Shown: in pieces, positions 29,321-37,512 of the stretch
Numbering within the stretch: position 1 is the first letter of the stretch
Layout: every line of letters starts with the position of its first letter
Assembly (NCBI GenBank): GCA_965602015.1
Contig: OZ271918.1
Coordinates: 1,152,001 to 1,216,000 of the forward strand
Length of the DNA stretch: 64,000 nt
Direction of reading: 5' to 3'
DNA from: Salinispira sp.
GTDB taxonomy: Bacteria; Spirochaetota; Spirochaetia; DSM-27196; Salinispiraceae
Notes under the pieces: generated by a model
Told to the model about the DNA's origin: nothing
The model's input: only the letters and a program-made list of their open reading frames with translations
Database searches by the model: none
Made by a program: the position numbers and the translations under genes

Positions 29321-31438
29321 ATGAATGACAACATCCCTTCAATCAGCCGGGAAGATGCCCGGCTTTTTGCTGATAAATACGGAATCGATGAGTTAACCGC
29401 AACTCTGCTGCTGAGCAGGGACATAATCGAACCCGAGCGACTGAAATTTTTTCTCAACGACGATATCCGAATACTTCACAACCCCTTTTTATTCAGTCAA
29501 ATGGACCTGATGGTCGAACGATTAGAGGCCGCCGCCGCCGAAGGCGAGCGGGTTCTGGTATTCGGCGACCGGGATACCGACGGCATAACGGCGACAGTTC
29601 TGATGGTCGAGGAACTGAGGAGACGGGGACTGGAGACCTTTTGGGAAGTGCCCATGGGCGATGATCACTATGGCCTTCAAAAGGACGTCATCGACCGCTA
29701 CGCCGAAAAAGACGTGACGCTTATTATCAGCGTAGACTGCGGCATCGGCAGCGTTGATGAAGTGGGATATGCCGCATCGTTGGGAATCGACAGTCTGATA
29801 ATCGATCACCATAATGCGGGCGATGTTCTTCCCGATGCGATTGCCATCGTAAACCCCAAAACTCCCGGTGAAACCTATCCCTTCGAGGGGCTGAGCGCTG
29901 TGGCCCTGGTCGCCAAGGTGATTACCGCCTTGGAAATCGCCGCATGTGAAATTTACAACCAGCAGTTCTGCATACTCAACGTCCGTCCTGGAAACGACAG
30001 CATCATTGTCGAGGCGGTCAAACTGATAAACCTCGTAGAACAGGAGCGGATTACAGAAACCTTTGTTAACGGTTCGAGCCGTGAGCAGATTCAGCATCTG
30101 GTGGATTTTATCCGCGATCAGGCGATTCTGGTATACCAGGGCGACTATCAACGCAAGCTCCTGGCCGGCCTGTTTGGCGAGTCAGTTGAGATCGGATTCA
30201 CCGATATCGCCCCCGAGATATGGAAACAGTTTCCCCGGCTCAAAGGCCGGAGCCTGTTGAAAATGCTGCAGGGCTCCCGGCTCACCCGGTTCAGTAAGCG
30301 ACCGGCTCAGGAGATCGACGCGGCGGTGCAGCTCATCGTGAGCTACCTTTATGCCCGCCATCCGGCGATTCTCGAGACCCTTGAGCGGCAACTGGATCTG
30401 GTCGCCCTGGGGCTGGTGGCCGATATGATGCCCCTGTTTGATGAAAACCGCATAATGGTGCGTCACGGCCTCAAGGTACTGGAAAACACTCCCAGGAAAG
30501 GCCTGAGGGAATTGATGGCACGCCTTGGTCTTTTAGGCCGACCCCTGTCCGCAACAAGCGTTTCATGGAAACTCACCCCGAGCCTCAATGCCACCGGACG
30601 TATGGGCAGACCCGATATGGCTGTCCGGCTCCTGCTCGACGAGGGAGACCCGGTTGCCCTGGCTGATGAAATCTTTTTGATTAATGAAGAGCGCAAACGT
30701 CTGGGAAATGAGGCATGGTCTGCCGTGCTTCCAATGGCCCGGGAATCCCTTGATGAGTACGCCAGGACCCTGTCAGTTGTTCGCCACCCCAGCATCAACC
30801 GGGGAATTACGGGCATTCTTGCCGGCCGGCTGTGCCGAAGCCTGGACGTCCCGTCGGTTGTCATCGCGGAAATTGATGACCACTATGTGGGGTCTGTGAG
30901 AAGTATCCGGGGTTTCCACGTCACCGATTTTCTTTCACGCTTCGAGGATATTTTTGATGACTTCGGCGGTCACGATGCTGCAGGCGGGTTTCACCTCAGG
31001 CAAGAGCGTCTCGGAGAGTTTTTGCAACGGCTGAAAGACCACTCCGGGACAATCGAGCTGGCTGAGAGCATCGAGGAGCCGGTGGACCTGGAACTTCCCG
31101 GCGACAGGGTTACGGAAGATCTTGAAAAATTTCAGAGTCGCCTCGAGCCGATGGGCATGGATTTTCCGCCGATTCGCTATCTGGTCCGAAATGCGGGTAT
31201 TGAAAACGCCCAGGTTATCGGAAAAGACCAGAGCCATCTCCGGCTCCTTCTCGCCATTGGAAACCGAAAATGGCCGGCGGTTTTCTGGTCCGCCGCCGAT
31301 CGATTAAATGGTGATTTTTCCCTGGGCTCCCGGGTGGACATCAGCTTCACCGTGGAGCGCAATTATTTCGGAGGCAACAGCAACCTCCAGCTCACTATCA
31401 TCGACATGGCTGCCGTGGATGATGGGAGCACTACATGA
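29321..31438 (+). CDS. recJ: Single-stranded DNA exonuclease RecJ with internal insertion
   Basis: GDRDTDG, SVDCG, IIDHH, ALGLVADMMPL..ENR, LNATGRMG, GSVRS, GGHDAAGG. Confidence 0.93.
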   Translation: MNDNIPSISREDARLFADKYGIDELTATLLLSRDIIEPERLKFFLNDDIRILHNPFLFSQMDLMVERLEAAAAEGERVLVFGDRDTDGITATVLMVEELRRRGLETFWEVPMGDDHYGLQKDVIDRYAEKDVTLIISVDCGIGSVDEVGYAASLGIDSLIIDHHNAGDVLPDAIAIVNPKTPGETYPFEGLSAVALVAKVITALEIAACEIYNQQFCILNVRPGNDSIIVEAVKLINLVEQERITETFVNGSSREQIQHLVDFIRDQAILVYQGDYQRKLLAGLFGESVEIGFTDIAPEIWKQFPRLKGRSLLKMLQGSRLTRFSKRPAQEIDAAVQLIVSYLYARHPAILETLERQLDLVALGLVADMMPLFDENRIMVRHGLKVLENTPRKGLRELMARLGLLGRPLSATSVSWKLTPSLNATGRMGRPDMAVRLLLDEGDPVALADEIFLINEERKRLGNEAWSAVLPMARESLDEYARTLSVVRHPSINRGITGILAGRLCRSLDVPSVVIAEIDDHYVGSVRSIRGFHVTDFLSRFEDIFDDFGGHDAAGGFHLRQERLGEFLQRLKDHSGTIELAESIEEPVDLELPGDRVTEDLEKFQSRLEPMGMDFPPIRYLVRNAGIENAQVIGKDQSHLRLLLAIGNRKWPAVFWSAADRLNGDFSLGSRVDISFTVERNYFGGNSNLQLTIIDMAAVDDGSTT

Positions 31439-32598
31439 ATGAGCCGGTGAGAGTCATTCGCCATGCCGTTTTGTGCCCCGGTGCTGGCGCGCTTCCTGCG
31501 GCTTTGGCTGCCGGTCCGGTTTTGGCTTCGGCTGCCGATGTGGTACATGCGGCACGGGCTGCTGCGGCTCTGCGTCGACTTTTTGCCGTGTTGCTGGGCA
31601 TTACCTTACTCATTACCTCATGCCATGACCCGGTCAGCCCGGCGCTGCCCGCCGAAGATGAGGCCGGGGAGCCAGGCAGCAGCATTGAAGAGACTGAGCT
31701 TTCGGTACCGGGATTTATTGTGATTCCCGGCCCTCACTATCCCGGCGGCATTGTGGAAGCCTTCGCGCCGCGACTGTTGGAGAGCGATTCGGCGCGTTTG
31801 GTACTCACCGGCCCCGATGGCCATGTCTACCAAGAGGTCGAGGGTATTATTACCGATCTGGAGGGCATCGAAGCCCACTGGTATTTTGTTATCGGCATTG
31901 ACAGCTGGGCCGCCCCGGGAGCCTATGATCTGGAGCTGGTGCATCTATTCCAGGGCGAGGTGCTCTTTTCTCAGAACTATGATCTTCCGCTTATCTCCAG
32001 AGAGTACGAGCGGCAGGTAATCCCCCTCAACAGCCGGCTCACTGATATCCGCACCGATGAAAGTCCCGAACGCATGGAGCAAAGCCGCCGGCTCTCCGAG
32101 CTGCTTCTCCGGGTGGATCCGGCCAGCCGCTACATAGCGCAGGACCAGCGCCGGCGCCTGCCGCTGGACAGCATTTACCATACTTCCGGCTTCGGCGTGC
32201 GTCGCATTTATGAGTACAGCGACGGAAGCAGGGCCTCGAGCATTCACAACGGCCTAGATTTCCGCGCCGCAGTAGGCGAGTCAGTTTTCAGCCCCTTGAG
32301 CGGTTTGGTCGTTATGGCGGAGTTTCGTCTGGTCACCGGCTACACCGTGGTGCTCGAGCACTTGCCGGGAGTGTATAGCCTGTACTATCACCTCGATGAT
32401 CTTGCCGTTTCCCCGGAAGAGGAAGTGCTGCCCGGCGACGTGCTCGGCGGGGCGGGTCGGACCGGACTTGCCACCGGAAGCCACCTTCACTGGGAGATTC
32501 GAATCGGGGGAAAGGCCGTGGATCCCGAGGAGTTTATGTCCTCGGTCTTACTTGACAGGGAGCGGCTTTTACAGGTACTTTCTGGACACAACACATAA
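31435..32598 (+). CDS. M23 family metallopeptidase (lipoprotein-like)
   Basis: HNGLDF (HxxxD), YYHL, GRTGLATGSHLHWE (HxH); LLITSC lipobox. True start may be downstream. Confidence 0.88.
   Translation: MNEPVRVIRHAVLCPGAGALPAALAAGPVLASAADVVHAARAAAALRRLFAVLLGITLLITSCHDPVSPALPAEDEAGEPGSSIEETELSVPGFIVIPGPHYPGGIVEAFAPRLLESDSARLVLTGPDGHVYQEVEGIITDLEGIEAHWYFVIGIDSWAAPGAYDLELVHLFQGEVLFSQNYDLPLISREYERQVIPLNSRLTDIRTDESPERMEQSRRLSELLLRVDPASRYIAQDQRRRLPLDSIYHTSGFGVRRIYEYSDGSRASSIHNGLDFRAAVGESVFSPLSGLVVMAEFRLVTGYTVVLEHLPGVYSLYYHLDDLAVSPEEEVLPGDVLGGAGRTGLATGSHLHWEIRIGGKAVDPEEFMSSVLLDRERLLQVLSGHNT
32552..32581 (+). promoter_or_regulatory. Putative internal sigma70 promoter for rpsU
   Basis: TTGACA-N18-TACTTT within the 3' end of the M23 gene. 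Confidence 0.45.
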
Positions 32599-32613
32599 AA
32601 GGTGGTGATTACC

Positions 32614-32823
32614 ATAGCATTCATTAAGGTTGACGAAGGCGAAAACCTCGAAAAGTCCATCAAGCGCTTCAAGCGGATGGTGGAAAAAGAGGGCATCATC
32701 CGCGAGTGGAAAAAGCGGGAATATTATGAAAAGCCTTCTACCATTAAGAACCGCAAGCGAAAATCTTTGGAGCGAAAGCTTCAAAAGAAAATACGCAAAC
32801 TGCAGAACATGAAGAGCTACTAA
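32614..32823 (+). CDS. rpsU: 30S ribosomal protein S21 (probable ATA start)
   Basis: [41 protein letters not shown]. The track start (GTG 32602) lies inside the SD. Confidence 0.95.
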   Translation: MAFIKVDEGENLEKSIKRFKRMVEKEGIIREWKKREYYEKPSTIKNRKRKSLERKLQKKIRKLQNMKSY

Positions 32824-33569
32824 TGGCTTTCGTCTGCGAATCAGCCCGTTTCCAAAGGATACGGGCTCTTTTTTTATCCGCATTGCTCATCAGTTCTCTC
32901 TTTTTCTTCCTCACTTCATGCAATCCCGCGACCTTTCGCGCAGAGCGCGCCGAGCTATACCCGCTTTTTGTCCATGACCCGGGCAGAGGCGGGGAACTCC
33001 TCTCCTTTGCGGCCCTTTTTCTGGCGTTTGACAGCGGTGATACACGGATTGCGGGAATTGAGCTGACCCATACGGCATCCGGAGTCAGCTGGAATGTGCG
33101 GCTGCCGGGCACCGAGGCAGCGGGGAATCGGAGCCCGTTTGAAGGCGAGGAGTATCAGCGCCCTGATTTCTACAGCGAGAATCCGGGAAGCGCAAACAGT
33201 CTGTTGTATCCCTGGTTTGTCCTCCCGGACGACAGTTTCCAGGGCAGCTTTACTGTTGCAATAGAGGACTTGTCTCTTGAACGGCAACAGCTGGAGCTCG
33301 ACTTCAGGACTCTGTCCCGGGTCGATTCTCGGGAACTGGCAGAGCGGCTTGGGGGGTTAAGTCCGTCGCTGATCGCTCTTCCCGGCAGCTGGGAACTTCT
33401 TGCGGTTGATTCATCTGACGGAACAATTATTGCGCGAATCGATTACTCCGCTTCAAACAGGTCAGAGCTTATGACAGCCGACACAATCCCTGCTGATGCC
33501 CTGTGGTATATTTGGGGAGTACCTGCGGAGTATGACTGCATGCTCCTTTCAGGCCCCTATCTCCCATAA
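32823..33569 (+). CDS. Hypothetical lipoprotein
   Basis: Hydrophobic signal ending FLTSC; TAATG overlap with rpsU. Confidence 0.6.
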   Translation: MAFVCESARFQRIRALFLSALLISSLFFFLTSCNPATFRAERAELYPLFVHDPGRGGELLSFAALFLAFDSGDTRIAGIELTHTASGVSWNVRLPGTEAAGNRSPFEGEEYQRPDFYSENPGSANSLLYPWFVLPDDSFQGSFTVAIEDLSLERQQLELDFRTLSRVDSRELAERLGGLSPSLIALPGSWELLAVDSSDGTIIARIDYSASNRSELMTADTIPADALWYIWGVPAEYDCMLLSGPYLP

Positions 33570-33585
33570 GCAAAACGCATCAGCA

Positions 33586-34512
33586 TTATTCATCGGATAT
33601 CTGCTTGCCCTTGATAAATTTTCTAAAGAAGTATCGTATTCGCTGAATAAGATTCAATCCTCGCCGTTTGACCACATCCTGGGCAGCCTGGAGGATTGTC
33701 ACCTCGTGGCCGTATTTTTCCTTGAGATAATGCCAATGCTTGACAATCCACACATACAAGTCACCCTCGGTGCGGTCAGGGAAGCTGTTGAGCAGGTTGT
33801 ATTCTCTGACGATGGCCAGAATGGGGGTGAAAACGTTTTCAAACCACGAAAAGAGGGCTGAGCTCAGGGGCAGCTCCTCCTCATAGCCCTGATTAATGAA
33901 ATATTTATGTTCTAGAATGTGATACAGCACCTCATTGTATCGACCTGTCGCGGTGAAGCTGAGTCGATAGTCGGGGATCACCGAGCTGAAGTTCGTTTTT
34001 TCCTCGAACTGAAGCCGTTCATATTCTATGACCGCATCCCGGAGTTCAATCCTGTCCATATCGGGAGTAATGCTAATGCTGCTGTCCAGGCTTACCACCT
34101 CCGCATCAATCATCTCAATACCCTGGGTCCGGGCCACACTCACCCGGTGATTTCCGTCCCGCACAAAATACACGCCGCCGACCTCGTACAGCTGCACCGG
34201 CGGTAAATTGATGTTTTGCAGGTGGAGCTTATCAATATTGGTCCACCTGTTCTTCAAATGCTCGTGTCTGGGCAGAAAGGTTTTGTTAAAATCCTGGTAC
34301 CGGCCTTCGCTGCCCACAATGAGGTCAATTTCTACTGTTTCAAGACCCTTATAGCTCTCTATTTTGGGACTCAGTAGCTTTTTGACTTCCTCGAGTGACA
34401 GCAGGTCGAACTTGCTAGGTCTGAGAATGTTGAGAATGCGGGAAAACATGGCTTTTTTTCTGGCCTTGCTGAAGTTTTCCTGGGAACTCATGTCATAATA
34501 ATCACTGCTCAT
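33586..34512 (-). CDS. ParB/Srx-like fold protein (DUF4032-associated type)
   Basis: IVGSEGRYQDF...FLP, LPPVQLY...YFVRDGNHRVSVAR, ILEHKYFIN, SWFENVF.P, TEGDLYVWI..HW. Confidence 0.7.
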   Translation of the reverse strand: MSSDYYDMSSQENFSKARKKAMFSRILNILRPSKFDLLSLEEVKKLLSPKIESYKGLETVEIDLIVGSEGRYQDFNKTFLPRHEHLKNRWTNIDKLHLQNINLPPVQLYEVGGVYFVRDGNHRVSVARTQGIEMIDAEVVSLDSSISITPDMDRIELRDAVIEYERLQFEEKTNFSSVIPDYRLSFTATGRYNEVLYHILEHKYFINQGYEEELPLSSALFSWFENVFTPILAIVREYNLLNSFPDRTEGDLYVWIVKHWHYLKEKYGHEVTILQAAQDVVKRRGLNLIQRIRYFFRKFIKGKQISDE

Positions 34513-35248
34513 CGGCGCCCTCCGGTGCAGCATCTTTTCCCGGCCGGTGACCGGAAAAATCCAGTACGAAGTGATCGTATACATTGATGATTTTTGTTTC
34601 GTGAAAATCGAACTCCCGGTTGGCATTTTGATCATAGAGATGTACATGTCCGTGCAGAAGATACCGGGGCTTAAACGCCTTCATAAACCAGCGGAATGCC
34701 TTAAACCCCCGATGGCAATTATCGTTTCTGTCGCCGAGACCAAGGGGCGGACTGTGGGTCAAGAGGATGTCAAGGAAGCGTCCGTGGACAATCCGATTGT
34801 ATAGTAGCCGGGGGATCAGACGGATGCACTTGAAGTACATTTCAAGATCGCTGTACTGATTTTTGCCGTCATTGTATTTGATGCTTCCCCCCAGGCCGGC
34901 GACCAGCAAACCTTTTATGTGACGCACCCGGTCGCCCACATAGGTGCTGCCAAAAAAATTCGCCGTGAGGTAGGTATCGTTCATTCCTTCCCGCATGAAA
35001 TTTTGGCTCTGCCTGAATAGCTCGTAATGTTTGAGGTTGTGGTTGCCGAAGACAAACAGGACCGGGCGGTTCAGGGTGCTGGCCACATAGCCGAGGTAAC
35101 TCATGTTGAGGTCGCCGGCGCTGAGCACCAAATCTACATCCTTAAATCGTTCCTTAGCCTGGAGCGAGTAGACCAGTGGATCGACGTGATCGGCTATGCA
35201 CAGTATTTTGACGGTATGCGGAGCGGAACCCACGGTTTTCGCCCTCAT
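34502..35248 (-). CDS. Calcineurin-like metallophosphoesterase
   Basis: IADH, SAGDL, VFGNH, LLTHSPP, LHGHVH. Confidence 0.88.
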   Translation of the reverse strand: MRAKTVGSAPHTVKILCIADHVDPLVYSLQAKERFKDVDLVLSAGDLNMSYLGYVASTLNRPVLFVFGNHNLKHYELFRQSQNFMREGMNDTYLTANFFGSTYVGDRVRHIKGLLVAGLGGSIKYNDGKNQYSDLEMYFKCIRLIPRLLYNRIVHGRFLDILLTHSPPLGLGDRNDNCHRGFKAFRWFMKAFKPRYLLHGHVHLYDQNANREFDFHETKIINVYDHFVLDFSGHRPGKDAAPEGADEQ

Positions 35249-36606
35249 CCCTGCTTGACAGCCGCTTTTAACACCTTTTGCAGCTTGTCCTTGTCGTACA
35301 GTTCGATAGGCCGGCTTTCGGCGAAGACCTGCGCGAGTTTTGAAAAAACCGAGCTGGTGAGGATGATTCCCCGGGGGAAATTGTTCTCGCGCATTTTATC
35401 GTTGAAGCTGCGGACCGTAGCTTCGTCGATGGGGTCGGTAACCCGAAGGAAATATATCAGCCGCGGCTGCTTTTTCTGATTCCGCCATTTTTTATCAGAG
35501 TTTTCCGCAGCCATAATTTCGCATCCGCCATTGATCGGGGATATTTCGTGCACCACAAAACTCATGGCTCCGGCGGCCTTTTTGCACATTTCAAGAAACT
35601 CTTCCTGACTGGCTATGAGAAAATCCTTGAGGGTGTCGTCTGTGCGTAGATCCTGGTAGTTGGAAAGCTTCTCCGCAACATCACGGAAATCTTCTCTTAC
35701 CTTGTATATCTCTTCCCATTGTTCGATGGCCTCTTCAATTTTGCGCTCTTTTTCATAGAGATAGGCCATGAGGTACCGGGCATACAGCAGCTCCTGAGAT
35801 TTTGGATTTTTCGATAGCTTTATGGCCCGGCCGAGCTCGGCATACGCCCGGTCGACGTCCCCCATGTTTATATAACAGGCGCCCCGTTCCGCAAGGCTTT
35901 TTACCTTTAATTCGGGATCCTTCGCCGATTTTTCAAACGCCTTGAGGGCGGCCTGGTAATCCTTGCTGTCTTTGAGTATTTTTCCCAGATAGTAGCTGCC
36001 GAGGGTGTTGTCCGGATCGAGGGTAGTGGCCTTGTCCAGATATATGCGGGCGTCATTAAAACGCTTAGCCCGGTACAGCAGGCTTCCCAGAGCGGCGTAG
36101 CTTGCCGAATGGCGCTCGTCGAGACTGACGGCTTTTTTGTAATAGTTCACCGCCTTGTCGGGTCGGCTTCGCTGCTCGAACAGGCTTCCTATGAGGTAGT
36201 AGTACTCGGGGTTGCTCTCATCCTTTTTGACTAAGAGCAGATATTCCTTGAGGGCTTCCTCTGTTTGATTGAATTTCAGGTATAATTCGGCTATTTTTTT
36301 CCTGAACGCCAGTTCGGACACATATTCATCGAATTTGCCGAGCTGATTGACGGTTTTTAATTCCATAAGGGCCAGTTCGGTCTTGCCTTCCGCCTCGTAA
36401 CACAGGCCGAGAAAGTAGTGAGCATCCGAGTCCCGGTTATCTTTTTGGATAATTTGCCGGGCCATTCGCGTTGCCTGGCTGTACTTGCCTTGTTTATACA
36501 GTTGGGCGATGGTTTTAACCCGCTTAGGCTGAAATAGGATTCTGACGATGATGACTATGGAAGCGGTAACTATAATTCCCAGTACGATGAGGGGTATGTA
36601 TAACAT
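35245..36606 (-). CDS. Membrane-anchored TPR protein with C-terminal Mrr-like (restriction endonuclease fold) domain
   Basis: N-terminal TM, multiple TPRs, C-terminal RGIILTSSVFSKLAQVFAESRPIELYDKDKL. Confidence 0.78.
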   Translation of the reverse strand: MLYIPLIVLGIIVTASIVIIVRILFQPKRVKTIAQLYKQGKYSQATRMARQIIQKDNRDSDAHYFLGLCYEAEGKTELALMELKTVNQLGKFDEYVSELAFRKKIAELYLKFNQTEEALKEYLLLVKKDESNPEYYYLIGSLFEQRSRPDKAVNYYKKAVSLDERHSASYAALGSLLYRAKRFNDARIYLDKATTLDPDNTLGSYYLGKILKDSKDYQAALKAFEKSAKDPELKVKSLAERGACYINMGDVDRAYAELGRAIKLSKNPKSQELLYARYLMAYLYEKERKIEEAIEQWEEIYKVREDFRDVAEKLSNYQDLRTDDTLKDFLIASQEEFLEMCKKAAGAMSFVVHEISPINGGCEIMAAENSDKKWRNQKKQPRLIYFLRVTDPIDEATVRSFNDKMRENNFPRGIILTSSVFSKLAQVFAESRPIELYDKDKLQKVLKAAVKQG

Positions 36607-36673
36607 GAACTATACGGGATCCTGTACTTTAGTATCTACGTTCAGAATAGATGAATACGTGAAGGCTTGTCAA

Positions 36674-37447
36674 ATGCGCCTGAGAGGACGAACAGCCCTC
36701 ATCGCGCTAATTGCACTGTTGGCATCAGTTTTACCTGTGGCCGCCCAGGAGGATTCCCTGTATCAGTCGGGCGTGGAGGCCTTTATGTCGGGAGAAGCCC
36801 AGGAAGCCGCCGCCATATTCGAAACCCTTATTGCCCAGGGCAGCAGTAATCCGGATGCCTTCCTGTACCTCGGGTACAGCTACGAACAGCTTGAGCTCTA
36901 CGAGCAGGGGATCAGCGCCCTTCAGCGCGGTATGGCTTTTTCCCGTGACAAGCGGCACCTGTTTCATTTCAACACCGGTAATCTCCACCTCAAGAATGGA
37001 AACCCTCAAGCCGCCATTGATCAGTACAGCCTTGCCATCAGCAGCCGGGGCAGTTATGCCGATGCATACCTCAACCGGGCAAATACCTACCTTCGCGAAT
37101 GGCGGCTCAATGATGCGTTGGGTGATTATCAGCGTTTCGTCAGCCTCGCGGCGGAGCACCCGCTTACCCCTGACGTCAGACGGATGATATCAGCTATTCA
37201 GTCCGAAATAACTGCGGAACAGGCCCGGGAGATCGAGGAGGCACGGCTTGCGGAAGTCGAATCCGAGCGCCAGCGCCTCGCGGAACTTGAAGCCCAGCGT
37301 CAGGCGGAGCAGGAGGCCGCCCGGCGCCAGGCCCTCCTCAATGATATTCTCGGTAACCTGAACAGGGCCACCGACGAAGCCCAAACCTTGGGCGCGGGAA
37401 CCGAGGAGATTTCCGATGAAGAGGATGATTTTCAACGGGCCGATTAA
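36674..37447 (+). CDS. Exported TPR protein
   Basis: Signal peptide (VAAQ), TPRs (AFLYLGYSY, AYLNRAN), E/R/A-rich helical tail. Confidence 0.82.
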   Translation: MRLRGRTALIALIALLASVLPVAAQEDSLYQSGVEAFMSGEAQEAAAIFETLIAQGSSNPDAFLYLGYSYEQLELYEQGISALQRGMAFSRDKRHLFHFNTGNLHLKNGNPQAAIDQYSLAISSRGSYADAYLNRANTYLREWRLNDALGDYQRFVSLAAEHPLTPDVRRMISAIQSEITAEQAREIEEARLAEVESERQRLAELEAQRQAEQEAARRQALLNDILGNLNRATDEAQTLGAGTEEISDEEDDFQRAD

Positions 37448-37512
37448 TTCAGGAGCAGCGCTGGAGATTCGCTGCCCTTGTGTTGTACTATCCATAGTTT
37501 CCAGGAGCTACC

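Noticed and set aside
31440..31580. Ala-rich N-terminal extension of the M23 gene as a repeat element
   Set aside because: Only loose GGCTGCCG-type echoes; more likely start-site ambiguity or low complexity.
37455..37475. GCAGCG/CGCTGC hairpin as terminator
   Set aside because: Short stem with no clean U tract; insufficient support.
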